Part shown: piece by piece, positions 1-12,118 of the stretch
Layout of the letters: each line of letters begins with the position of its first letter
Numbering within the stretch: position 1 is the stretch's first letter
Origin: the human T2T-CHM13v2.0 reference genome, Homo sapiens
Strand: one strand, 5' to 3'
DNA: 64,000 nt
NCBI RefSeq assembly: GCF_009914755.1
Contig: NC_060944.1
Notes under the pieces: model-generated
Databases searched by the model: none
The model's input: only the letters and a program-made list of their open reading frames with translations
Told to the model about the DNA's origin: nothing
Made by a program: the position numbers and the translations under genes

Positions 1-73
1 ATGCTACGGGAAATCGTCCTGGAAATTTAGGTGGGCCTGGTTAAAGCCATTGGAAGGCCTTAAAAGGAAGACT

Positions 74-125
<52 letters not shown>

Positions 126-340
126 ATAGAGAGAGAGAGAGAGAGAATTCTACCTATGGATGACAGCTTTGGGGTCTATGCATGTGGAGTTCTATTCATG
201 CCCCACACTCTTGCCTTCCTTAATGCTGCCTGATGGATACTGGATCTTATATGGATATCAAACTTGCTTAGCCAGCCCACAATTGCACAAGCCAATTCCT
301 TGTAAATAATAAATTATATATATATATATATTTATCCTCT
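1..340 (+). mobile_element. MLT2-family (ERVL) LTR fragment with internal microsatellites
   Basis: Motifs gaaggccttaa, cttgcttagccagcccacaattgcacaagccaattccttg and the following (TA)n resemble the MLT2 3' half. Confidence 0.6.
75..146 (+). repeat. Compound microsatellite (GT)24 + (GA)n
   Basis: Seen directly. Confidence 0.97.
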
Positions 341-1169
341 GTGGGAGAAGGTCTTAGGTCTCTGAAACCTCAATTGGCCAGGATGCCTTTGTCAGTGGTG
401 TTCTTGGGGACTCTGTGGGCCTGGATTTTGAAATCTGTCCCTGGGTGGGGCAGTGGAGGGAAAGAATAGAAAGGAGAGAGGGTCTGGGCCCAACCTAAGC
501 CTGCAAGCCTTCTGATAGACTGAAGGAAGGAGGAAAGGGACAGGCTGACTCACCTCAGTCTTTATTTGATGGTGGATCATATAGGAGGCATCACCAAGTG
601 TCAGGAGTTGAACTTGAGCAGTGGGAAGAACTGGCTCTAAGGCACTCCAGTGCTTATCTTCCCTCTCCCACATCTGTTTGGTTGTTTGCAAACCTAGGCC
701 ATCTCTCGTCCCCTACACCTCTGGCTCAGAATCCCCTCTCTGGGCCTCTGCCAAACCACATCCTCGTCTCCCTCCAAAATCCGATTTCATGCCCCAGTGT
801 GCCATGACGGTCCCCCAGGTTGGGACCATCTGGCTGCAGTGTGCAGTTTCCAGACTTCCTAGAAACCCGCTGTCTCTCTTCTTCCATGTCCCACAGACGT
901 GCACATGCATCCAGCACATCTGGAGTGTCTGGGAGCCTCCAGTTATAAATCTCCACTTTACCATTTGTTTGGGCCTTTCACTAGAGCAAGAAATAACAAT
1001 GCATTTAGGAGCCGGGAAGCAACTCTCCACCTTTGGGGCTGGGGGTAACTCTTCTAGTCTGTTCAAGCTGAAGCAAGTCACCAACATCTTGACTTTCCCT
1101 TTTCTTTTACATATAGATTGGCCATAAATTTAGGCTAGCTTACAGTTTTAGAATGTGGTGAGCTATGAA

Positions 1170-1378
1170 ATCACATTTGATGCCCGTCCCATGAAATCCT
1201 GTTGATTCTGCCTCTGCAGACACCCACCCTTTCTTTCCATCCCCAAGAAGCTGCCGAGCTGAGATTCCTGCCACCTTTGCCCCTTACTTTTCTCACCCCG
1301 TTCACTGAGGGCCCTCAAGTCTGTTTCTAAGCAGCAGCCTGAGGGATCCATTTTTATAATCTGAAATCAGATATCATA
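1170..1378 (+). mobile_element. L2 relic abutting VNTR1
   Basis: aaatcctgttgattctgcct and gcagcagcctgagggatccatttttataatctgaaatcagat resemble the L2 3' region. Confidence 0.5.
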
Positions 1379-3733
1379 CCCACACCCCAAAACACACACA
1401 CTCCTTCCCCATCCCAAAGAGACACACCCCTTCCCCATCCCAAAGAGACACACCCCTTCCCCATCCCAAAGAGACACACCCCTTCCCCATCCCAAACACA
1501 CACACCCCTTCCCCATCCCAAACACACACACCCCTTCCCCATCCCAAACACACACACCCCTTTCCCATCCCAAACACACACACCCATTGCCCATCCTAAA
1601 CACACACACACCTTCCCTTCGCAAACACACACACCCCTTCCCCATCACAAACACACACACCCTTTCCCTATCCCATGCACACACACCTTCCACTTCCCAA
1701 ACACACACACCTCTTCCCCATCCCAAACACACACAACCCTTCCCCATCCCAAACACACCCACCCTTTCCTGCATCCCAAACACACACACCCCTTCCCCAT
1801 CCCAAACACACACCCCATCCCCAATTCCAAACACACACACCCCTTCCCCATCCCAAACACACACACCCCTTCCACATCAGAAACACACACACCCCTTCTC
1901 ATCCCAAACACAAACACACCCATTCCCCATCACAAACACACGCACCCCTTCCCCATCCCAAACACACACACCCCTTCCCCAATCTAAACACACACACCCC
2001 TTCCCCATCCCAAACACACACCCCCCTTCCCCATCCCAAACACACACCCCCCTTCCCCATCCCAAACACACCCACCCCTTCCCACATCCCAAACACACAC
2101 ACCCCTTCCCTATCCCAAACACACACTCCATCCCCAATTCCAAACACACACACCCCTTCCCCATCCCAAACACACACACCCCTTCCCCCATCCCAAACGC
2201 ACACACCCCTTCCCTATCCCAAACACACACCCCTTCCCTTTCCAAAACACACCCATCCCTTCCCCATCCCAAACACACACAACCCTTCCCATCCCAGACA
2301 CACCCACCCCTTCCCATCTCAAATACACGCAACCCTTCCCCATCCCAAACACACACACCTATTCCCCATCCGAAACACACACACCCCTTCCTCATCCCAC
2401 ACACACCCATTCCCCATCCCAGACACACCCATCCCTTCCCCATACTAAACACAACCACCCCTTCCCCATCCCACACACACACACCCCTTCCCCAATTCCA
2501 AACACACATACCCCTTCCCCATTCAAAACACACGCACCCCTTCCCATCTGAAACACACCCACTCCTTCCCATCTGAAACACACCCACTCCTTCCCATCCC
2601 AAACACACCCACTCCTTCCCATCCCAAACACACCCACTCCTTCCCATCCCAAACACACACACCCCTTCCCCATCCCAAAAACACACACCCTTTCGCAATC
2701 CCAAATACACAAGCCCCTTCCCAAATTCCACACACACACACCTCTTCCCCATCCCAAACAAACCCACCCTTTCCCCATTCGAAACACACACACCCCTTCT
2801 CCAATTCCAAACACACACACCCCTTCCCATCTCAAACACACAGACACCTTCCACATCCCAAATACACACACCCCTTCCCATCCCAAACACACACATCCCT
2901 TCCCCAATTCCAAAAACACACACCCCTTCCCCATCCCAAACACCCCCACCCCTTCCCATCCCCAAAACACACACCCCTTTCCCATCCCAAATACGCAAAC
3001 CCCTTCCCTAATTCCACACACACACACCCCTTCCCCATCCCAAACACACATACCCCTTCCCATCCCAAAGACACACACTCATTCTGCATCCCAAACACAC
3101 ACACCCCTTCCCATCCCAAACACACACACTACCTCCGCATCCCAAACACATATACCCCTTCCCCATCCCAAACACATACACCCCTTCCCCATCGCCAACA
3201 CACACACCCCTTCCCCATCCCAAACACACACACCCCTTTCCATCCCAAACACACACCCATTCCCCATCCCAGACACACCCACCCGTTCCCCATCCCAGAC
3301 ACACACAACCCTTCCCCAATTCCAAACACACACCCCTTCCCATCCCAAACACACACACCCATTTCCCATCCCAGACACATCCACCCCTTCCACAACTCCG
3401 AACACCCACCCCTTCCCCATCCCAAACACACACACCCCTTCCCCATCCCAAACACACACACCCATTCCCCATCCCAAACACACACACCCATTCCCCATCC
3501 CAAACACACACACCCATTCCCCATCCCAAACACAACCACCCCTTCCCCATCCCAAACACACACACCCCTTCCCCATCCCAAACACACACACACCTTCCCA
3601 TCCCAAACACACACACCCCTTCCCCATCCCAAACACACCCACCCTTACTCCATCTCAAACATGTACACCCCTTCCCCTATCCCAAAATACACACATCCAT
3701 CCCTACACACCCTCACCCATTTCCCCATCCCAG
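1378..3733. repeat. VNTR1: ~26 bp C/A-rich minisatellite CCCCTTCCCCATCCCAAACACACACA, ~90 copies
   Basis: Tandem array with 24-26 bp variants and almost no G on the + strand. Confidence 0.97.
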
Positions 3734-3985
3734 AACCTATGCACCAACTCAGTTTATTTGAACATGCCAGGCACTGAACTAAGAGAACCAAAGTAGCAGG
3801 AGGAATACGGTGTTGTCCTCCCAGAACTTACCCCCTGCACGGGAGTCAGCCAGGGAAGCAGAAGGCTACCAGATAGTTGCTAAACGCCATGAGATATCCC
3901 ACTGAGTCTGGAGTGAATCTAACTCCCTAGGCCCAGGCTTGCCTAACTTGGACCCAGCAGCCTCAGCTTCATCCCAGCCCTCCCT

Positions 3986-4880
3986 CAGCCTCACCATGTG
4001 GCCCCTGCTGGCCCTAATGCACCAGGTCACCTTCACTCCTCCTGCAGTCTCATCACGGGGCCCCTGCTGGTCCTAACACACCCAAGTCACCCTCACCCCT
4101 CCCTCAGCCTCGCCACGTGTCCCCTGCTGGCCCCAGCGCACCAGGTCACCCCTCACCTCTCCCTCAGCCTTACAATGTAGCCCCTGCTGGCCCCAATGCA
4201 CCAGGTCACCTTCACTCTCCCGCAGCCTCACCACGTGGTCCCTGCTGGCCCCAGCATATCAGGTCACCCCTCACCCCTCCCGCAGCCTCGCCACGTGGTC
4301 CCTGCTGGCCCCAGCGCACCAGGTCACCCCTCACCTCTCCCTCAGCCTTACAATGTAGCCCCTGCTGGCCCCAATGCACCAGGTCACCTTCACTCTCCCG
4401 CAGCCTCACCACGTGGTCCCTGCTGGCCCCAGCATATCAGGTCACCCCTCACCCCTCCCGCAGCCTCGCCACGTGGTCCCTGCTGGCCCCAATGCACCAG
4501 GTCACCCCTCACCCCTCCCGCAGCCTCGCCACGTGGCCCCTGCTGGCCCCAATGCACCAGGTCACCCCTCACCCCTCCCGCAGCCTCGCCACGTGGTCCC
4601 TGCTGGCCCCAATGCACCAGGTCACCCCTCACCCCTCCCGCAGCCTCGCCACGTGGTCCCTGCTGGCCCCAATGCACCAGGTCACCCCTCACCCCTCCCG
4701 CAGCCTCGCCACGTGGTCCCTGCTGGCCCCAATGCACCAGGTCACCCCTCACCCCTCCCGCAGCCTCGCCACGTGGTCCCTGCTGGCCCCAATGCACCAG
4801 GTCACCCCTCACCCCTCCCGCAGCCTCGCCACGTGGCCCCTGCTGGCCCCAATGCACCCAGGTGGCCTTCACCTTCCACT
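3986..4880. repeat. VNTR2: 58-60 bp GC-rich minisatellite, ~15 copies
   Basis: Unit CAGCCTCGCCACGTGGTCCCTGCTGGCCCCAATGCACCAGGTCACCCCTCACCCCTCCCG. Starts at 3986, 4045, 4105, 4165, 4223, 4283, 4343, 4401, then every 60 bp to 4821. Confidence 0.98.
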
Positions 4881-5444
4881 CCTGCCTGGAGAGCCCCTCC
4901 TCTGTTACTTTCTGGCGAATTCCTCCTTGCATTCTCAGGTGAATTTCATGTTTTCGCCTATAGGAAGTCTTCCTAGAGGCTTGCAGGACTGAGACAAAAG
5001 CCTTTGAATCCCTCTTCCTATAAGAATCATGCTGACCTAATCTGGACCAATGCTCTTTTAGCCCTGAAATGGTGGAAACATTCTGGACACTCATGGGGAA
5101 GAGGCAGGGGAAGGAAGCAGGGAGAGGAAAGGAGGAGAGAAGGAGGAAGCAGGAGAGAGGGAAGAGAGTGTGGTGTTGGGTAAGTCACCACCCCTATCTA
5201 CAACATTTATTGGGCACCTCCTGACGTTGGAACAGTCGCCACCATCCGTGTGCTAACCGGCTGTGGGAGGAGACAGCTTCTTGAACAAATTCGTGTCCCT
5301 GTGCTAGTCAGGCCCTGGGTTCTAAGCTCACAACATGGATTTTGGTGGCTAAAGTTTTTTTTTTCCCCCACAGGACTATGTTAGCTGTCTTTAAAAGAAG
5401 AAAAAAGAAATAGGCACGGTGTGGAATACTCAGTAAGTAGACAA

Positions 5445-5695
5445 ATTTTACCGAGTAAAATTACTGAGTAACTCACAGACAGTACAACTCACCCTTTCCA
5501 ACATATGGTTCTGTGAGTTTTGGCAAACACATACAAAACAGTATCCTCACCCCAAAACATCCCCTCCTGCTGTGCCTCCTAGTCAACCCCCCACCCCCCG
5601 CTGCACCCCACACTGCTCCGCTGGCAACCACCGACCTGTCTTCTATCCTGTGGTTTTGCCTTTTCGAGTTTGTCATACGAATGGAATCTTATAGC
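5445..5695 (-). mobile_element. Old L1 (L1M) 3' end fragment
   Basis: ctggcaaccaccgacctgtcttctatcctgtggttttgccttttc...aatggaatc is typical of an antisense L1M 3'UTR. Confidence 0.65.
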
Positions 5696-8189
5696 AATTA
5701 TAGGAAATAATCATCAGGAATTTATTGCTTGACCCAGTTCTCTAATGCTTTCTGTCCACTTTCTTTTGTTGCATTTTCTTTGATCATCTCTGCATCAGAC
5801 AATGACATAACATCATCTTCTTTAGAGAAAATAGATGTTAGGATTTCCTTGACATCACAAATTCTTACTGGAAATGCCACAGCGTGTGGATGGTGCTTCC
5901 AGCCTAAGGGCAGGTCCTGGGGCAGGTCTTTGATCTCCCCCTGCCCCCACCACTCTGCAGCTGATGTGGGGATGGAAGCTTCCTGGGGGCCTCAGTGGCA
6001 TCACCACCAGGGGTGGGGGGAATCCTCAAGCTGGGGCAGAACTCCCCAACCCCACCCTTCTGTGAACGGCCCGACTGCTGCTTTCTTTCCTGTCTTCACG
6101 GGAGCTCTCTGGGACCTTGGAAGGAGTCTATGCATGTGAGAGGCTTAAGCTTAAATGTCTTCATGTTAAACCTACTTCTGCCTTTGCCTTGCCCTTAGGA
6201 TATCACAGAGGGGCTCAGGAAGCAGCAATGCCACCAAGCTTCCACAGATGCTTTGCAGTGTTCACAATGCTTCAACACTGCAGTGCAATGATGGCGTATC
6301 AGCCATTCTCAGTCCTTCCTGCTCACAGAGGAGGAAAAAGGGGGCACAACTCAAACACCTAGATTTGGAAGGAGAGACTTTTGCTAATAGGGTGGTGGAA
6401 AAGGAAGATGAATCTAAATGCTTGCACAGATTTTCTGGATTATCAGTGTTTTGCTATTCCCTCTTTACCAAGTAGGTGGTGGTTATAGAGATTGCTGAAA
6501 ATATGTTTTACTCTATTCAGACTGCCCCTGCTGAAGAAATCCCACTGTTAGCTGAGTTCCCCTGAATTCATAGGTGTGGTTTTGCCTTGTCTCCACTGAT
6601 AAGCCCTGTGACAGTGCACTTCTCAGATGGCAGGCAGAGACCATTACAGCTCCTGGCACCTTCACTGCAAACAAGATAAAGCTTTCTTTTTGATCAGATG
6701 TACTCACAACTACTGGTCATCCCTCACAACCATGAGTTGATCGTCTGTCATTGATACTAGGACATTTAATGAAAACAAATGAAGTTCTTTGAGCTTCCTG
6801 GACAGCGTCCATTTCAAGAGGAAGACAAACACCAGCCCAGCCATTGTGGGCTGGATGGAGGGGTGAGACCTTAAAACAAGCAAATGCTCAATGTTCATTT
6901 CACTTCCTGAGGATTTTATTACAATATTTAGATACATTCGAGCCCTGGAGCTAGAAGCCTTTTCTATGCCATCAGAATTATTTCTTGTGATGTGGCCAGT
7001 TCTCTTCCCGAACGTTTCCTAAATAATTCCTCCACCTCCACCTCCTCTCCCACCCCTCTTATCTAACTTTTGGCATAGGTGAGCAGAAAAGCTCAAATGG
7101 GAAGTCAGCTCTTAGATTCATGGCTTGGCAAGCTGGCCTCACATCAGAACAGTAGTCATGCAGAAAAACCAGTCAGAGGATGGGAAAAACAAGACCAAAC
7201 TATGCCTCCCATGTCTGCTTACGGGATATTAGTTATCTTCAGGAAATAGTTATTTACAAGTTCTGAAGCTCAAAACAGTCAGGAAAACAGCTGCTTCAGG
7301 TCTCTGAAGGTCAAAGTCACGGCCCAGTGCCAGGAATGTTATAGCTTATCTTGCCTTTCAGGATAAACACAGAGAACTAACTTACTTCTCAGGTGAGTAG
7401 CACTTCAGTTACTTGGGTAGAAGAGATGAACCTGCCCACCTTGAACGTTGAGGCCATGGGGAACAGAGACGATTCTAATACGGATTAGTAAAGGACTGTT
7501 GACAGCTGCAAGAAGAGCAAAGAAACCACTGTGTTTCATCAGCAGCATATAACTGCGTGTCCCAAAGCCCTGACCCATAGAGCTTACTCCCCAGTGGATG
7601 CTCTAGAAACATCCTCATCTTTTGCCCACAGGGCCTATCCACAACCTGGCTCTGCCTCACATGGCCATGGAACTAGAGCAAGTCCTCCCAGATCCATTTT
7701 TTTAGTTACCAAAGCAGCTTTCCTGGTCATGGAGGGAAGAATAGAGACGAAACTATCATCATAGTCCAGGAATGGGTGCCCTAGGATGCTTGGGCTCCTT
7801 TTCTAAAGCAGCTTTTGAACAATTCTTATCTCAGGAAACTAAACCCATGGTACAGTCTGGGTGAGGCAGAAGACGCAAGTGGGAGGATGGACACTGCACC
7901 GTGCAGGCACCCATGGCCATGGCTGCTGCTTCAAGAGAAAAGTGTCCAGTCTCTTGGGCCACCTAATAAAGGTTTGGGACAAATTTTGCCCTTGCTGGGT
8001 AAGCTCCCAGAGGGCAGAGGCCATGCAGATGAACTCCCAGGCTTGGGCGTCCCTGGCCCAGCAACCAGCATAGGCAGTAGCTCGAGAATGCCCAGTGATG
8101 AACTGTGGTGTGGCTTGGAGTGTTACAGCTTCCAGATGGGTCTCCTGGAATCAACTGAGAGCTGATGAGGATTAGTCCCAGTTTCAACT

Positions 8190-8930
8190 GAAGCAAAAGC
8201 TCAGGGTGCCAATTAGTAAGCTCCTATCTCCCAGCTTTAAACCCATCCTTCTCTCCTCTGCTATGGGATGCTGGGGCTGGGAACTGCAAGCCTGATTCTT
8301 GCTTTGCCAGATGCTCCCTAGTAGGCTCTGCCAAGACAGGCACTCAAGGGAGAGCGCAGGGCTGGAGGAGGGAGAAAGGACCTGCTCCTTTGTATTTGTT
8401 GTCTGTTCCTGTGAGCAGCCTCCAGCAGCACTTCCTGCTTGCTTCCTTTTCCTCAGGAGATCACTTCCTGTTCTTGTCAGCATCACCTCACCCACACTTC
8501 GTCCCCCAGGCAGTGCAAGTGCCTGCCAGGAGCAGTAGCTGGGTCCAACTTGCAGCTCTCTCAACATTTGCCAACAAGCTTCATTGTGCCCTGACCCTCA
8601 GAGATGCCAGCACACCCCTTCAGGGGCCGTGGTCCCAGCCCCACAAGACCCCTCCTTCAGCTCAGAGACACCAGCACCAGCGGCTGATGTCCCCTCCTCC
8701 AGGGTGGCCTAGTTTCAGTGCTGTGGGGGCTTTTCCTCCATGTTTCTGCATATTAATAATTCCATGCTTCCCCAGCCCTAAGGGAGGCAGCTGCTTCCCA
8801 GTTATAACCTCCATGACAATTTGGAGTTCTTGTATTTTTTCCCCTTTTCAGTTAACTGTAATTATTTTAAATTCTCTTTAAGAAAACAACTGGTGTGACT
8901 TCTACCTCCTGCCTCACCCATGACTGATGT
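8190..8930 (+). mobile_element. ERVL LTR, LTR33-like
   Basis: tggggctgggaactgcaa...taggctctgccaa...gggctggaggagggagaa and an ERVL-type end (cctg...tgactgat). Confidence 0.55.
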
Positions 8931-10370
8931 ACTCAGTGTTTTTCTCTAATCCAGGCAGTGGCAGGGAGCCTGGAGTTAACAGAATGTTGAGACTCAGGTC
9001 CCAATTAGCTCTGTCACTTGGGTAAGTCAGAACCTCTCCTTCAGATGGTTTTACCTTTAGAGATCATTTTACATTAGATTTTGAATGGTGGCCATGGGCA
9101 GAGTGCAGCCTGTGTATGTGACAGCCTGTGTCCAGAGCCTAGGTGGACACTCTTATTATGCAACCTGAATTTCTTTCGGTGGAGCGCGTCTTCCCCATTT
9201 GCATCTATAATGTCTGTCTAGCCCCCGAATGGCCCCTGGATCCAGATTGTTTTCAAGGCTCCTTCTAGCTCTGACATTCTTTTGTTTCCAGCCAGGTGCA
9301 ATGCTGTCCTGCTCATGACCTGTGCTTTTGCTGGGAGCTTGGAGAATGTCTCACAAGGCAGTATAAGTGATGTAATTGCTCCCAGTCACAGATAAATGCA
9401 AGAAATAACTGGTCCCCCGTCCCCTGTCTTGGTCACTCTGAGAAGTGCAGACTCCCGGGAGGTATAAAACAACATGCTAAAGTTGTGCTCTTTGGGGTCC
9501 TTAGGGGCTGTAGCCCATTCCTCATCTGCAGTGGTTATTGCCTTACCAGCAGATTTGCTGGAACAAATGGAGACTTTTCCCTTGACTCGAGCGTGCAACA
9601 AGAGGCTTGGCCACTGGTGGAAGAACGGTTGTAGTTTTCTGGGAAACTAATAGGGCTCCTGCCACCTCTAACCATCATCAGGATCCCTGCCTAGCTCATC
9701 AAGATTGCACCCCGTGTGTAAGGAAGTGGCATGTGGAGATGATGTGGCATCCTACTTGATGTCAAAAAGTAGCATCACGTGCAGCTGGAAAGCCCTACAG
9801 AGTCCAGCTCCTCCTTCCTCTTGCTTTTAACTTCAATAGATTTGTCCCTGGGCAAGAGCTACTCAGAGAGACTGCCTTTGAAGGATCTTCACTTCCACCA
9901 AAATAAACCCTTGCTTTAGTATACACTCTGAGAAAGAAGGCCTTTGAGGTGGAACAGCTGTGAGCATTGTCAGCATAAAGGAGAAGGTGTGTGGGCCTGG
10001 CTGTTTGGGAAACACAGAGGCTGCAGTGAAGCTAGGTACCCCTCTCCCTGCCTGAGCACGACCTGCCACCCGCATCCTGCTGCAACTTCTCCTCACCTGA
10101 GATACGTCCTCGCCCCTCAGGGCCTCTTGCTTGTGTGGGAAGCTGTCACTGGCTGCAACCACGGCCAGTGGCAATCTGTGCCCCATTGGTGAAGATGCCA
10201 TTGGGAGGGACTAGGAGGACCTTTTCTGCTTGCACCAAACTGAGAAGTTAGTTCACTAAATGTTCTAGTGAATTAACACATGAAGCACAATTGTCCTTTT
10301 GACTAACAGCACTGAGTTCATACAAACTGGACCATGCTGAAATTTTTTGGAGGCCCTAGGTTAGGAGTAT

Positions 10371-10854
10371 TGTTACTGAAATGCCAGGGTTTTGGTCTAG
10401 GTCCTGTTGCTTACTGCACAGAAAGCCAATCACTGAGATGAGTACTGCCAGGGAAGAAGGCTTTAATTGAATGCTTCAGCAGAGGAAATGGGAGATCAGT
10501 CTCAAATCCATTTTCCTGATTGACTAAAATTAGGGATTTATATAGCAGGGAAGAAATGTAGCCATGAAACAGAAATTAGGGAGAGGCAAGGAAGAGGGGT
10601 TGTTCAACAGGAAGCAGGTGATCACTTGGGTAGTCATGCTGGGTGAGGGGTCTACGTCTCATGGTCCAGATGTGGTGCTCTGGTGAAGTCCAGCTTCTTG
10701 ATGCCATCTGGGAGGTCTGATGGTTGGTTTCCTGAGAAAGGAACTCAGATAAGACAAATGTAACTTTCTCAAGTTTTAACTCTGGGAGGATCATTTTCTG
10801 TTTATTCAAAGAAATCATAGACATCAGTTCTATGGGACCACTGGGCTGGTTTCA
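10371..10854 (-). mobile_element. Solo ERV1 LTR, LOR1-like, 484 bp
   Basis: TG...CA termini with 4 bp TSD GTAT at 10367-10370 and 10855-10858. Minus strand starts TGAAACCAGCCCAGTGGTCCCATAGAACTGATG, as I recall for LOR1. Confidence 0.75.
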
Positions 10855-11689
10855 GTATCAGCCTATGAGCCATGTGCTCCATAGAAACTGACCTGCTTCA
10901 CTGAACCACACACACTTAGTGTGGCTGAGCTTTGTGTTCTATTCCAGCAAAGGGGTTCTCTGTAAACGCAAGGCATGGATTGAGCAACCCATTTCTGATG
11001 GCCCCACACAGACACATCATATTAACATTAATTTATAGGCCGTCCTGTTGAATCTAAAAACAATCTTTTCATTTATGGACGGTACCGAGATGATTATGTT
11101 GAGGCCCGGAAGGTACACAGATTATCTGATGCCCAGGCATCCTGGGCTTGAGGACACAATGCTTCTGTGCAGTTGCTGGTCTAAGTCATAAACTGAGCCC
11201 CACAGCTAGCACGTAGCTTTGTGACAGCTGTGTCTGCATGGGGCTTTTGTCTTCTATTCACAAAGCAAGGATTAGGTAGGAGCCCAAAGACAGGGCGGGA
11301 ACTTTACTTGGGCCTGCTGGTGCTGCAGTACGTAAGTTGGACACACCGCAGCTGGGCATCTGAGGGTCTGAGGAGATGGTCCTTCTCCATGGCAAGAGCC
11401 TCTGAAATCTCAGAGCTCCAAACGCACCAAAGGTCAAAGAAAAAGAGCAGAACAGCCAGCCCCTGCATGGCGCAGGACAGCACTCTCCGCTGCGATCTTG
11501 TCCTTCCGTTGTTAATATTTAATTCAGAAGCTTGTTTCTTTCTCCCTATTATGTGGGACTTTGAAGGCTGAGTCTCAGCTGTCATATGCCCTTATCTCTC
11601 CTCCCCCAGAGATATCCTGAAACAGTGGTAGCTAATGGGAAAACATGATTCCCTTTACAAAATTCTGGTCAGCAACCTTTCAGGCGCCT

Positions 11690-12118
11690 TTAATCTGGCC
11701 TGTACCTGCCTCTCCAATCCCACGCTGCCCTGTTGTTCTCTTCATATCATAGCCAGGATGGGTGATTTCTGCCATTCAAGGTCTTTTCTCAATCTGGGGT
11801 GATCTCTCTGGCACTCAATTCTCATCTCTTAGGTCTCAGCCCAAACTTTGCTTGCCAGGGAGACTCTGAGCCTCCCAGACTAGAGCATTTCCCTAGCACA
11901 TGCTCCCCAGCATCCTTGACTTTTCCATCATGACATGTATCACAATTTGCAGTCATACAGTTGTGCAATTATTGGTCCATGTCTTGAGTGGAATGGGAGC
12001 TCCCAGAGGGAAGACCTGTGGCCATGATGCCCACGCTGCCTACCGCTGCGTGTCCGGCACTGGGCCCTGGGCCACGATATAGAAGACATTCGTGAATGTG
12101 TGTTCATTGACTGAATGG
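11690..12118 (+). mobile_element. L2 3' region relic
   Basis: aggtctcagcccaaa, gagctcccagagggaagacctgtg and the degenerate tail gtgaatgtgtgttcattgactgaatg. Confidence 0.55.

Noticed and set aside
1354-3658. Long ORFs (up to 373 aa) rich in CVWDGEG / HTHTP
   Set aside because: They are translations of VNTR1. The low-complexity unit rarely makes stops, and ORFs are open in many frames on both strands.
4200-4820. Estrogen response elements in VNTR2
   Set aside because: GGTCA-CCCC-TCACC has the wrong spacing and second half-site for GGTCAnnnTGACC. Only a half-site is supported.
4117-5094. 200-291 aa proline-rich ORFs with 20 aa repeats (mucin-like appearance)
   Set aside because: They result from a stop-free 60 bp unit open in several frames. 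No signal peptide or other gene context is evident.
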